From an uncultured bacterium (GTDB lineage: Bacteria; Babelota; Babeliae; Babelales; Babelaceae), in assembly GCA_963819815.1 (NCBI GenBank), contig CAWFXL010000001.1, forward strand, positions 672,001-736,000: DNA of 64,000 nucleotides, read 5' to 3'. The notes under the pieces are model-generated. The model ran no database searches, had not been told where the DNA came from, and saw only the letters and a list, made by a program, of their open reading frames with translations. The translations under genes and the position numbers were made by a program. Shown here in pieces: positions 1 to 9,084 of the stretch (position 1 is its first letter; every line of letters begins with the position of its first letter).

Positions 1-3
1 TAT

Positions 4-723
4 ATGACCACTATCTCTCAAGATGATCAAACTCTCATCTTAGGAACCATGAGTGGCTGGCCTCCCTTTGTACAACTAGCCACTGATGGCTCGTATGAAG
101 GGTTTGATATCGATATCGCAAATATTATTGCTCAACGGCTTGGTAAAAAGTTGGTCATTAAGGATATGGACACCGCAATGCTCATCAGTGCCCTCAATCA
201 GGGGCAGGTAGATTTCTTGATGACAGGACTCGACATCACTCCCGAACGGCTTCAGCAAATCACCATGATACCCTATCAAGGAGAGCCAATCACTTCGTAT
301 CCTCTTATTTTCTTTAAAGAAATTCCTGACGGGATTGAAACACTTGCTGATCTTAAAAAGCTTCCCAATGCTATCTTATGCGTTGAAGCAGGTTCAAGCC
401 AAGAAGAGATACTTCGTGGCTATGAAGGATTTGAGATTAAGCAGGTAGATCCACTTGTCTCTCTTTTAGAGCTAAAAAATGGGCGTGCAACAGCAACTCT
501 CCTTGATGAGAAGATGTTCAAGTCTCTTCAACAAAAAGAGCCCAATCTCAAAGCTAAGATGGTACCGTTACGGCCTGAAGAGGTCATCCTTGGATGTGGT
601 ATAGGTATCAAAAAAGAGAATGCCGACCTCATAGCAAAGATTACGGCTATCATCGACGATCTCAAGAAAACCGGTCTTCTTAAGAAGTTAGAACAACGGT
701 GGATTGCGAAGGAGCCATCATGA
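4..723 (+). CDS. Polar amino-acid ABC transporter substrate-binding protein (SBP family 3), probably 5'-truncated by the window edge
   Basis: WPPF...GFDIDIA...LNQGQVD motifs; no signal peptide inside the window; followed by permease and ATPase. Confidence 0.9.
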   Translation: MTTISQDDQTLILGTMSGWPPFVQLATDGSYEGFDIDIANIIAQRLGKKLVIKDMDTAMLISALNQGQVDFLMTGLDITPERLQQITMIPYQGEPITSYPLIFFKEIPDGIETLADLKKLPNAILCVEAGSSQEEILRGYEGFEIKQVDPLVSLLELKNGRATATLLDEKMFKSLQQKEPNLKAKMVPLRPEEVILGCGIGIKKENADLIAKITAIIDDLKKTGLLKKLEQRWIAKEPS

Positions 724-1364
724 CACAGTATACTACCCTCTTTCTCAAAGGTACGGGAATGACTCTTTTGCTCTGGGTATCATGCTCATTGCTCAGTCTC
801 ATGCTTGGCCTTTTTGCGGGAACTCTGCGTAGCACTCAGCTACGCATACCCCTTATTTCTCCCCTACTTGACGGCATTACTCTCTTGTTGCGAGGAATAC
901 CCTTATATTCACAGCTTATGATCGCCTACTTTGCCGTACCTCAGCTCATCGGGTTTGCACCTTCAGCACTTCTGACAGGCATCCTCACACTAGGATTCTG
1001 TTCTGGTGCTTACGCAAGTGAGCTGATACGTAATGGCTATAATACGATCGATAAGGGTCAATGGCTTGCTGCTCAAGCACTTGGTTATGCTCGCTGGCAA
1101 CAGGTGCGCTATATTATAGGGCCTCAAATGCTACAGAAAACATTTCCTGCTCTTGTAAATGAATATTTGATGGTACTGAAGAGTACTGCACTGTTGGGAG
1201 CGATAGGAATTATCGAAGTTACGAAGATAGGAACTAATGTGATGTATAAGACCTTTCAGCCGATCCCGGTCTGTCTTGCAGTTGCAGCTATCTATCTTAT
1301 ACTTGCTGCTCTACTGACACTTTTTGCTAACTGGATCGAAAGGAGCTATGCATGCTCTCAGTAA
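720..1364 (+). CDS. Polar amino-acid ABC transporter permease (HisM/GlnP type)
   Basis: LRGIPL...AYASELIRNG...GQWLAAQALG (EAA loop); ATG at 720 overlaps the upstream stop (ATGA). Confidence 0.92.
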   Translation: MTQYTTLFLKGTGMTLLLWVSCSLLSLMLGLFAGTLRSTQLRIPLISPLLDGITLLLRGIPLYSQLMIAYFAVPQLIGFAPSALLTGILTLGFCSGAYASELIRNGYNTIDKGQWLAAQALGYARWQQVRYIIGPQMLQKTFPALVNEYLMVLKSTALLGAIGIIEVTKIGTNVMYKTFQPIPVCLAVAAIYLILAALLTLFANWIERSYACSQ

Positions 1365-2011
1365 CCAACCTTACATTCAAACGGGGCTCCCAAACGATTC
1401 TAGACCAGGTAACCTATACGTTTGCCCCAGGGACGATTACCTGTATTGTTGGCCCGAGTGGCTCTGGCAAGTCTACATTGCTTGCTTGCCTTACTCAGTT
1501 ATATACGTCCTATGAAGGAACTATTAGGAGTAACGACCTGGTTTTGTCGAGTCTTACAGCCCAAGAACGGGCCCAGACTATCGGCATCGTCTTTCAAACA
1601 TGGCATCTTTTTCCTTTGCTCACTGCTCAAGAGAATATCTCTCAGCCACTCATGCTTATAGGTGGCTTGAGTAAAGAACAGGCTCGCGAAAAAGCAGCAG
1701 AATTGCTTCGTACATTTGATATGCAAGACTATGCGCATGCTTACAGCTCGCAACTATCGGGAGGTCAACAACAGCGCATTGCTCTCGCTCGTGCTCTTGG
1801 GCTCAAGCCAAAGATTCTTTGTCTTGATGAGCCAACCTCAGCTTTAGATGCTGGCAATAGCCAGCTACTTATTGAAGAGCTCAAGCAACTCAAACTGACG
1901 GGCATAACGGTCATAATCACGAGTCATGATAGAGAGTTTGTCGCCTCAGTGGCAGATACTGTGCTAGAGCTTGAGGAAGGCAAACTCAAATCGACATCTT
2001 TAAAAAACTAG
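1352..2011 (+). CDS. Polar amino-acid ABC transporter ATP-binding protein
   Basis: Walker A GPSGSGKS, signature LSGGQQQR, Walker B CLDEPTSALD, SHD switch. Confidence 0.93.
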   Translation: MLSVTNLTFKRGSQTILDQVTYTFAPGTITCIVGPSGSGKSTLLACLTQLYTSYEGTIRSNDLVLSSLTAQERAQTIGIVFQTWHLFPLLTAQENISQPLMLIGGLSKEQAREKAAELLRTFDMQDYAHAYSSQLSGGQQQRIALARALGLKPKILCLDEPTSALDAGNSQLLIEELKQLKLTGITVIITSHDREFVASVADTVLELEEGKLKSTSLKN

Positions 2012-2055
2012 TTTCAGACGGGCTTCTCAACAAAATGTGAAAAAACGCCTATTGC

Positions 2056-2084
2056 TTGACAATTTTTCAAGGAATTTTTACTAT
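2056..2084 (+). promoter_or_regulatory. sigma70-type promoter of the AAA+ ATPase gene, flanked by inverted TGTGAAAAA/TTTTTCACA half-sites
   Basis: TTGACA (2056-2061), 17-nt spacer, TACTAT (2079-2084); TGTGAAAAA at 2036-2044 and TTTTTCACA at 2096-2104. Confidence 0.65.
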
Positions 2085-2115
2085 GGTCGTATGAATTTTT
2101 CACAAAATTAGGTAT

Positions 2116-3444
2116 ATGGGGAGTGCTATGTATGTTATAAGATCAAACGAGAAGTTTATTTTCGAATCCTTCGAACGACCTTTCATTAGCGCACTCCTTG
2201 GACCTCGAAGGGTCGGGAAAACAACTTTGGTTGAGTATTATAAGCGCCAACATCCTGAGAGGAAATGGATCACTCTTAATATGGACATATTGAGCCAGCG
2301 AAATCGCATCGCCCAAGAAGAGCTCGAGTTAATGATCGAAGAAGCAGCCCTCCAAAGAATTGGAGGAGAAAAAAAGATCTGGGTATTCATTGATGAAGCC
2401 CAAAAAAGTCCTGAATTGTTCGACCAAATAAAAATAATCTACGACACCTATAAGGATCGAGATGCTGTTAAGTTTTTGCTCACCGGCTCTGCGCACCTTA
2501 ACTTACATAAACTAACCACTGAATCTCTTGCTGGCCGCGTAGAGCTCTTAAATCTTCGCGAATTTAATCTCAAAGAACTGGTCCTGCTTCAGCACAATGA
2601 GCTCCATTTTCCCAAAGACAACATTTTAGATGTTATAATTAATGGAAAGCAAAAAAATTTACTTGAGGATATAGTTCTTACCGTACGACCTTTTCAAAAA
2701 TTATTAGAAGAGTCCTTATTCGAGCATATGCTCTGGGGAGGTCTTCCAGAGGTTATTAAAGAGCCTTCAGCAGGCTACCGGCTCAAATATCTTGGAGATT
2801 ACTTACAAACCTATTTAGAAAAAGACATTCGTGCGATCGACTCCATAGGAGATATAAACCTTTACAACAATCTCCTAAGAATCTCCGCTGAAAAAACCGG
2901 ATCAATTCGTGACGACGCAAAGGTCATCGAAGCACTTCACTGCTCACGCGACACTCTTGTGAAATATAGAGGATACTTAAGCGCTACTTTGCAGTACATG
3001 GAGCTGTTTCCTTATATCAAAAGCTCATTAAAAAGACTCGTTAAATCTCCCAAAGGATATGTCATAAATAATGGTCTCGTAAGCTATTTAACAGGAATAC
3101 ATGATATTGCCCTCTTAAAAAACACTGGCCTGATAGGGCATCGCTTTGAGAATTGGTTCCTCAACGAAATACAAACCTGGCTTGATACCCAACAACAAAG
3201 AAATGCTCTCTATTACTGGCGAACCCATTCAGGTGCAGAAATAGATGTTGTTATCGAGATAGGAAGACATATAGTTCCAGTTGAAATCACCTACTCTCCG
3301 TACATAGACTCCAAAAAACTTAATAACCTGAAAGGTTTTCTCAAGGATTATCCGGAAGCGTCAATTGGTATCTTTTGCTATATGGGAAAACTATCATTTG
3401 ACGAGAACAATAATATTCTGTATCTACCAGCCTGGCTTATCTAA
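2116..3444 (+). CDS. AAA+ ATPase (AAA_14 / DUF4143 type) with C-terminal PD-(D/E)xK-like domain
   Basis: GPRRVGKT, IDEAQ, LTGSA, SLAGR, WGGLPE, KSPKGY, C-terminal YYWRT..GAEIDVV...PVEI. Confidence 0.88.
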   Translation: MGSAMYVIRSNEKFIFESFERPFISALLGPRRVGKTTLVEYYKRQHPERKWITLNMDILSQRNRIAQEELELMIEEAALQRIGGEKKIWVFIDEAQKSPELFDQIKIIYDTYKDRDAVKFLLTGSAHLNLHKLTTESLAGRVELLNLREFNLKELVLLQHNELHFPKDNILDVIINGKQKNLLEDIVLTVRPFQKLLEESLFEHMLWGGLPEVIKEPSAGYRLKYLGDYLQTYLEKDIRAIDSIGDINLYNNLLRISAEKTGSIRDDAKVIEALHCSRDTLVKYRGYLSATLQYMELFPYIKSSLKRLVKSPKGYVINNGLVSYLTGIHDIALLKNTGLIGHRFENWFLNEIQTWLDTQQQRNALYYWRTHSGAEIDVVIEIGRHIVPVEITYSPYIDSKKLNNLKGFLKDYPEASIGIFCYMGKLSFDENNNILYLPAWLI

Positions 3445-3537
3445 GCAGTCGTATCGTTACAAAAAACCAATGCCGTTTATGTTTATGGGCGCACCTCAAT
3501 TATGTAGAGCTCTAACCAGAGCTCTTTGTCCAGCAGA

Positions 3538-4593
3538 TTATGAAGCGAGCTGTTTGAGAGCATCTTCCGTAACGCCCTGTTTACGAAGCCACGAAACTGC
3601 ATCAATTGCAGCAGCAGCACCCCGTCCAGCAGCAACAATAGCTTGGCGATAGATGTCATCTTCTACATCACCGGCTGCAAATACACCCGGAACTGAAGTC
3701 GCCTGGGTCCGACCCTCAACGAGAATATGGCCATTTTCAGAAAGGGCAAGCTGCCCTACAAAGAGATCGGTATTCGGATGATGTCCTATGGCTAAGAAGA
3801 CGCCATCTGCGTCTAAAACCTCTGTTTTGTTCGTCTCAAAGTTCTGAATTTCAATCCCCGTAACTCCTTCGTTGTTACCAAGAATACTCTTTACCTGGAC
3901 CCCATACCGAGGAGGTTTGATCGTCGGATATCCCTGCAGTTTCTGTTGCATTGAATGAGCAGCGCGCATATGCTGCCTCCGCACCAAACAGGTAACGCTT
4001 TTAACATGAGGAGCAAGCTGGAGAGCCTCTTCAACTGCTGAATCTCCACCACCTATAACAAAAACATCTTTCCCCTTAAAAAATAGCCCATCACAGAGGG
4101 CACATGATGATACCCCGTTGCCATAGTGGGTTTCTTCTCCCGGGACATTAAGCATTTTGGGAGTGGCACCCGTTGCAATAACCAAAGAGAGCACTCGGTA
4201 CATGATACCTTCTTCTGTTCCTATTACAAAAGGCCATTGGCTAAGGTCTACTGACACAATGGTCTCATCAAGAATTTTTACACCCGCCTGACGGGTCTGC
4301 TCAATCATAGTATCCATGAATATATCACCTGCAACCTTCATAACGCCGGGATAATTGTCAATGAATGATGTTTTAGTAAGCAATCCACCAGATGTCTGCC
4401 CCATAAAGAGAGTCGTTGGCATTCCAAGACGAACACTATATTGCGCAGCAGCTAACCCAGCAGGGCCCGATCCGAGAATCACCATAGGAAGTAGGTCAGG
4501 CACTTTAGCTTTAGAAAGTTCCTCACCCATAAGGCTCGAAAAGCACAATCCCATCACTGCTACAAAAAGAATAGATATATAATTTTTCATCAC
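3538..4593 (-). CDS. trxB: Thioredoxin-disulfide reductase with N-terminal Sec-type signal peptide
   Basis: GSGPAG FAD motif, ATGA, CALCDG redox centre, GGGDSAVEEA NADPH motif, AAGDV..YRQAI; ~22-aa hydrophobic leader MKNYISILFVAVMGLCFSSLMG. Confidence 0.93.
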   Translation of the reverse strand: MMKNYISILFVAVMGLCFSSLMGEELSKAKVPDLLPMVILGSGPAGLAAAQYSVRLGMPTTLFMGQTSGGLLTKTSFIDNYPGVMKVAGDIFMDTMIEQTRQAGVKILDETIVSVDLSQWPFVIGTEEGIMYRVLSLVIATGATPKMLNVPGEETHYGNGVSSCALCDGLFFKGKDVFVIGGGDSAVEEALQLAPHVKSVTCLVRRQHMRAAHSMQQKLQGYPTIKPPRYGVQVKSILGNNEGVTGIEIQNFETNKTEVLDADGVFLAIGHHPNTDLFVGQLALSENGHILVEGRTQATSVPGVFAAGDVEDDIYRQAIVAAGRGAAAAIDAVSWLRKQGVTEDALKQLAS

Positions 4594-4636
4594 AATAACC
4601 TCATCATAGTTTTCTGATACCCTTTATACTCCATAT

Positions 4637-4666
4637 AGCATACCGAAACTAGTCACTGCCAGTCAA
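4637..4666 (-). promoter_or_regulatory. Putative sigma70 promoter of trxB
   Basis: Minus strand TTGACT-18 nt-TATGCT; homologous to the promoter at 6803-6831. Confidence 0.55.
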
Positions 4667-4740
4667 AGGGTCATGCCCCTTGCATCAAAGATCACTTCAA
4701 AGAAAGCGCTGGACCAAACTTTATGATAGTTACTAACCGG

Positions 4741-5595
4741 TTAGCCATGGGTTTCTTCACTATTCATAACAAAATCATCAAAAAGACTCAAGGGATCTGC
4801 TTCATTTCTATATTTTTCCACAGCTTTACCAAGAAGCTCTTTCTGATGCTCATGTAAATGGACCGTGAAATGATCATGATCTATAAGTGCTGCAGGGTTT
4901 TCATGAGCTTTATCCATAAGCTCAAGAAGCGCCCGATCAGAAGAGATAATCTCTTTTTGTTGGCTGGTTAACGAACGTTTAAACCGTTCCATGATTGGTA
5001 AATTGAGAGCTGATTTGATAAGTAAGCCAAGTATACCAAGTGTCCCCAAGCCAAGAGCTATTCGCCCCTTATGATTCCAAAACCATCCCGCATCCTTCGA
5101 TAATGACTCGCGAGTAGAAGCAAGGTCTCCTCGCAAAGCCGTGCCAAGGTGATAACGATCGGCACTTTTCTTAGCCCCATACAGTACGAGTAAAGCTACT
5201 CCCATTGCCGCGAAGTCCTTCTTAGATGGCCCTTCACGCTTAATGCGATCATAGACTATATACATAGGAACCCCAACATTTTCAATAAGGTAATCTTTAA
5301 GATAGTGTCTCAAGGACTTCTGTTCACTTTTTTGGGCACTTTCTAAAGATTTGAGAGCTAGTAAGGTGAGTACCCAGACCCCGATAATTGGACTGGTAAC
5401 GTAGGACACGTCAGCAGCACCGTTCATAAGAAGAATAGCTAGCTCTTCAGATGATTCCGCGATTTTATGTGAAGTGCATTTGTGCTCAATGAACATCTTT
5501 TGAGCATCAGGCTCTGGTGTTGGGGCCATACCATATAGAGGAGCCAGTGACGCACTCATTAGGATTCCCCAAAAAAACGTAGTCACTTTTTTCAT
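4741..5595 (-). CDS. Exported/membrane hypothetical protein (signal peptide plus several hydrophobic segments)
   Basis: 284-aa ORF; leader MKKVTTFFWGILMSASLAPLYG; hydrophobic stretches. Confidence 0.75.
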   Translation of the reverse strand: MKKVTTFFWGILMSASLAPLYGMAPTPEPDAQKMFIEHKCTSHKIAESSEELAILLMNGAADVSYVTSPIIGVWVLTLLALKSLESAQKSEQKSLRHYLKDYLIENVGVPMYIVYDRIKREGPSKKDFAAMGVALLVLYGAKKSADRYHLGTALRGDLASTRESLSKDAGWFWNHKGRIALGLGTLGILGLLIKSALNLPIMERFKRSLTSQQKEIISSDRALLELMDKAHENPAALIDHDHFTVHLHEHQKELLGKAVEKYRNEADPLSLFDDFVMNSEETHG

Positions 5596-5707
5596 AGTTA
5601 TTCTCTAGAATACTGATTCTAATATACCCTTAGGGTGCCATAATACCCCTCATTGTCAACAGCCTGCATGATCTCAAGCTCAGATTTTGCAGCCTATTAC
5701 ATAAGAA

Positions 5708-5737
5708 GTAGGAGGACCCTAGAGAGAGCCCTCCTAC
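5708..5737 (-). terminator. Putative intrinsic terminator after the 5763-6758 gene
   Basis: GTAGGAGG...CCTCCTAC stem, followed by TTCTT on the minus strand. Confidence 0.55.
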
Positions 5738-5762
5738 CTGTAGCTTCATAGCTTCATACATG

Positions 5763-6758
5763 TTACCTGCGAGCGCGTGCCATCATTCGAGGCTGTTGCT
5801 TAGACTTTGTCGGCATGGAAGCCCGTTGTACATTGCGTCGAGTTGGCTTTGTTTGAGCGTTCGTTACATTAAGTTTGTAGATTTCGCGAAAGTTCTCTTG
5901 TTTCTCTTTACAATCTTTGATGATCTCAAGTTCACCTTCGATAAACTTCACTTGTTTACGAGAAATAGCCCTTTTACCGGTCATATTCTCAAGATCTCCT
6001 AAGATATCAACTACCTTATCAGCATCTTCTGCTGCAAGAGCTTCAGTAAGCTCAGGGTGCCAAGTACCAAGAGAATCAGACAACAATTGACCAGCTTGCA
6101 TGATTCGATCGTTCGTATAGGCTACAAAGATTTGTAGCAGCATGAACTTTTGTTCAAGATCTAAACGATCAATAAGCCTTGTATCACGCAAGAGTTGATG
6201 TGGGTCTCTTGTGGCTACTTGAATATAAGGCTTTATAATTTTACGACGCTGTTCTGTATCTCTAATATTGCTAAACACTTCCCAGAATAAGGACCCTGCA
6301 GCCTGCAACCATCCAGGAAATTCAGCAGTTTCTTCTACGTCATTCACACGAGCGCCTGGCTTTCTTGGGGTCACTTTTTTCCCAAGATTGTTCAAAAAAT
6401 CTTCTGAATCTGGAGTTTCAACCGCAAGTTCATCTTGGCCTTGGAAGAAGAGCTTATAGGCTAGCCAACCCGCTGCAGCTGCGCCTAAAACACCGTATCC
6501 CAAGGTACGAGAATCAGCATTTTTTACGTAGTCGCGAGCCTCACTCAATTTCTTCTTTGCATCTTCAAATTTCTGCTTTGCGTCTACTGGATCATACGTA
6601 TAGTATGCCCCAGCACCCGCACCAGCTAATCCTAGAGCTGCGAGAACGTTACCCGCAGTAAAATATGATTCGGATTTCTTTGGTTTTACTGCATCGAGAC
6701 CCGACACTGCACATCCCATCACCGCAAGGAGAAGGATAGAAGTATAACGATTCATCAT
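5763..6758 (-). CDS. Exported hypothetical protein with two Gly/Ala-rich hydrophobic segments and a basic C-terminal tail
   Basis: GAGG RBS before ATGATG at 6758; signal peptide MMNRYTSILLLAVMGCAVSGLDA; VLAALGLAGAGAGAYY and GVLGAAAAGWLAY segments. Confidence 0.78.
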   Translation of the reverse strand: MMNRYTSILLLAVMGCAVSGLDAVKPKKSESYFTAGNVLAALGLAGAGAGAYYTYDPVDAKQKFEDAKKKLSEARDYVKNADSRTLGYGVLGAAAAGWLAYKLFFQGQDELAVETPDSEDFLNNLGKKVTPRKPGARVNDVEETAEFPGWLQAAGSLFWEVFSNIRDTEQRRKIIKPYIQVATRDPHQLLRDTRLIDRLDLEQKFMLLQIFVAYTNDRIMQAGQLLSDSLGTWHPELTEALAAEDADKVVDILGDLENMTGKRAISRKQVKFIEGELEIIKDCKEKQENFREIYKLNVTNAQTKPTRRNVQRASMPTKSKQQPRMMARARR

Positions 6759-6802
6759 AATAACCTCATAATAGTTTTTTCTTATTATATTCAACTATTT
6801 AT

Positions 6803-6831
6803 AGCGTATCGCGAATACGCAACCCCGTCAA
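6803..6831 (-). promoter_or_regulatory. Putative sigma70 promoter of the 5763-6758 gene
   Basis: Minus strand TTGACG-17 nt-TACGCT. Confidence 0.55.
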
Positions 6832-6985
6832 AAGGGTCCCTTTTTTTGCGCTGTAGACCTCAGGTTAAAGCATGCCACATAACACAAGCAATCATTTAAT
6901 CGATACATTGGCAAAGAAATAGAGGAATGACGGCGTCTGGAGAGACGCTATAGCTTGGCCAGCCAACGACAAGCATGCATTCATT

Positions 6986-7010
6986 AAAAAAAGCTCTCCT
7001 TTGGAGCTTT
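6986..7010 (-). terminator. Terminator, third (diverged) copy of the paralog-array terminator
   Basis: AAAAAAAGCTCTCCTTTGGAGCTTTT hairpin with U-tract on the minus strand. Confidence 0.6.
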
Positions 7011-7043
7011 TGGGCCCTTAAGCTAGCCTAATTGCAAAACATT

Positions 7044-7676
7044 TTATTGCATTGCCCCTTGAATAGCCTCACCAGAGGATAACAAATTATAATAGCCAAC
7101 AATGGCAGCAGCAACACTTACTATGCCGATTTGAGCATTACGACGAGCATTTCCATTGCCATCTTTTATATCATTGATGAAGTCGGATGCAGACTGGACA
7201 GAGCTATCAATCATACCCTTGAATGCTGGTATAGTTTTGTATGCACTTCCAACCATTTTGCCTGCTAAACTAATCAACGCACCCAGTGCAGCGACTTGGG
7301 TTGTTGGGTTAGTTATGTATGACGCGACGGCAATGCCCGTGAATCCCGGTATAGGGTTGTATGTACTTCCAACCATTTTGCCTGCTAAACCAGCCAATGC
7401 ACCCAGTGCAATGGCAATGCCCACTCTTGACTTCCAGCTAGCTCTTTCACCGAGCCAGTCATTCAAAATATTTTTAACAACAGCAATTATGCCAGGTGCT
7501 TGATAAATAGGCACATCAGGTTCCGGTTGAACACGCATGCCAGGTGCTTGATGTATAGGAGCAACTACATTAAAAATAGGCTCCCCAGCCTTAACTACTG
7601 AAAGAACAGACCCTATGTTAAGAAATATTGTTCCTAATACCAAAAGTGCCTTACCTACGCGGTTTACATAAGTCAT
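7044..7676 (-). CDS. Exported hypothetical protein, paralog C of a tandem triplet, with internal 40-aa and 16-aa duplications
   Basis: Start MTYVNRVGKALLVLG after GGAG RBS; shares WLG..ASWK and DFINDIKDGNGNARRNA with 8506-9084; 120-bp-period repeat at 7239/7359. Confidence 0.75.
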   Translation of the reverse strand: MTYVNRVGKALLVLGTIFLNIGSVLSVVKAGEPIFNVVAPIHQAPGMRVQPEPDVPIYQAPGIIAVVKNILNDWLGERASWKSRVGIAIALGALAGLAGKMVGSTYNPIPGFTGIAVASYITNPTTQVAALGALISLAGKMVGSAYKTIPAFKGMIDSSVQSASDFINDIKDGNGNARRNAQIGIVSVAAAIVGYYNLLSSGEAIQGAMQ

Positions 7677-7780
7677 AGTTTTTTTCTCCATAGTATTAGG
7701 TATTACCAATAACACATTCATCATCAAATTCTTCGTTACAAGTAAAAGATGGTTGGACCAGCTAAACTGCAAGGATATTC

Positions 7781-7847
7781 AAAAAGAGCTCTCTTCTGAG
7801 GAGAGCTCTATAAATACTTAAAAGATCTTAATTTTGCAACTAAGAGT
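7781..7847 (-). terminator. Duplicated 3'UTR/terminator of paralog B
   Basis: AGAGCTCTC...GAGAGCTCT hairpin plus ATCTTAATTTTGCAACTAAGA, near-identical to 8440-8505. Confidence 0.7.
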
Positions 7848-7861
7848 AATAGTCATCTAGC

Positions 7862-8335
7862 TTAGTAAAGCGAGTATAGGGTAGTTTCCTTAGAAGGATA
7901 ACGCCCAGCTACGAAACCAGCCGCGACTTGTTCGTTTGCCAGCATAGCATTATATGCAATGGCAGCAAGAACAGCAACCGTTGATGTAATGACGGCTCTT
8001 GATTTCCAGGTAGCTTTGTCACCCATATAGTTATGCCAAATATCTTTCAACTTTGAGATCAAACTAGGTGCTTCATAGACGGGCTCAAGTTTTACGCGGG
8101 CGGTTGTCGAATCCCTAAGAACCGGTGCATCAAAGGTGCCCTCTACCGCGCACTTTGCCCTTTTCCCACCAGCTTTAATGTCTGGATGGGCCCAACCATC
8201 GGCTACAAGTGCTGTTCCTCCTGGAGTTGTCCAACCTATAATCTTAGGGGCTGGCGCTGCAGCATCCACAGAGGTGTTAAGAGACGCTATTCCTAGCACA
8301 ACAAGTACTTTACTTACGTGTTTTATATAATTCAT
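7862..8335 (-). CDS. Exported hypothetical protein, paralog B
   Basis: AAGGAG RBS; signal peptide; APAPKIIGWTTPGGTALVAD..WAHPDIKAGGKR shared with paralog A. Confidence 0.78.
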   Translation of the reverse strand: MNYIKHVSKVLVVLGIASLNTSVDAAAPAPKIIGWTTPGGTALVADGWAHPDIKAGGKRAKCAVEGTFDAPVLRDSTTARVKLEPVYEAPSLISKLKDIWHNYMGDKATWKSRAVITSTVAVLAAIAYNAMLANEQVAAGFVAGRYPSKETTLYSLY

Positions 8336-8439
8336 ATTTGCTCCTTAGTTAGGAAATACCTGTGACATGTTCCTCATCAAGTTTTTCGTTACCGCTAAAA
8401 GAAAGTTGGACACGCCAACTGCAAAGACGTTCATAATAG

Positions 8440-8505
8440 AAAGAGCTCTCCTTTTGGGGGAGAGCTCTATGAATTCTTAAAACAATCTTAATTTTGCAAC
8501 TAAGA
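8440..8505 (-). terminator. Duplicated 3'UTR/terminator of paralog A
   Basis: AGAGCTCTCC-TTTTGGG-GGAGAGCTCT hairpin plus ATCTTAATTTTGCAACTAAGA. Confidence 0.7.
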
Positions 8506-9084
8506 CTACTTGTTGAATGGCCATTTTTCGCAATAATAGAGAGCGCCAGCAACACCAGTAGCAGCAACTGCACCGACGATAGCAGCGTTACGACGAGCGT
8601 TTCCGTTACCATCTTTTACATCATTAACGAAGTCAGCAGCTGACTGAGCAGCACTGTCAACACCGTCTTTGAATGTAGGTATAGTTTTGTATGCAATACC
8701 AGCAAGAACAGCAGCACCTACTGCAACGCCAGTTCTTTCTTTCCAGCTAGCTTTGTTACCTAGCCAGTTATCAAAAACATCTTTAGCTTTTGCAACCAAG
8801 CCTTTTGATTCATGAATAGGTTCAAGTTTAACGTTCTCTTTCTTTACAGTATCATAAAGAACTGGTACGTCAAAGTTGCCCCTTATTTCGAATTTTTCCC
8901 TTTTACCGCCAGCTTTGGCTTCAGGATGGGTCCATTTGTCTTTATCAGCCACAAGAGCTGTTCCACCTGGAGTTTTCCAACCTACAATCTTTGGAGCTGG
9001 GGCTGCTGGAGCAGTTGCAGCTGCGTTAAGAGACGCTGATCCTAGCACCAATAGTGCTATACTTAAGTGTTTTACATAATTCAT
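8506..9084 (-). CDS. Exported hypothetical protein, paralog A
   Basis: GGAGG RBS; signal peptide MNYVKHLSIALLVLGSASLNA; two Ala/Val/Gly hydrophobic segments. Confidence 0.8.
   Translation of the reverse strand: MNYVKHLSIALLVLGSASLNAAATAPAAPAPKIVGWKTPGGTALVADKDKWTHPEAKAGGKREKFEIRGNFDVPVLYDTVKKENVKLEPIHESKGLVAKAKDVFDNWLGNKASWKERTGVAVGAAVLAGIAYKTIPTFKDGVDSAAQSAADFVNDVKDGNGNARRNAAIVGAVAATGVAGALYYCEKWPFNK

Noticed and set aside
6986..8505. Integron attC cassette array interpretation of the repeated intergenic hairpins
   Set aside because: No convincing RYYYAAC/GTTRRRY ends and no integrase. The flanked genes are paralogs, so duplicated terminators explain the repeats
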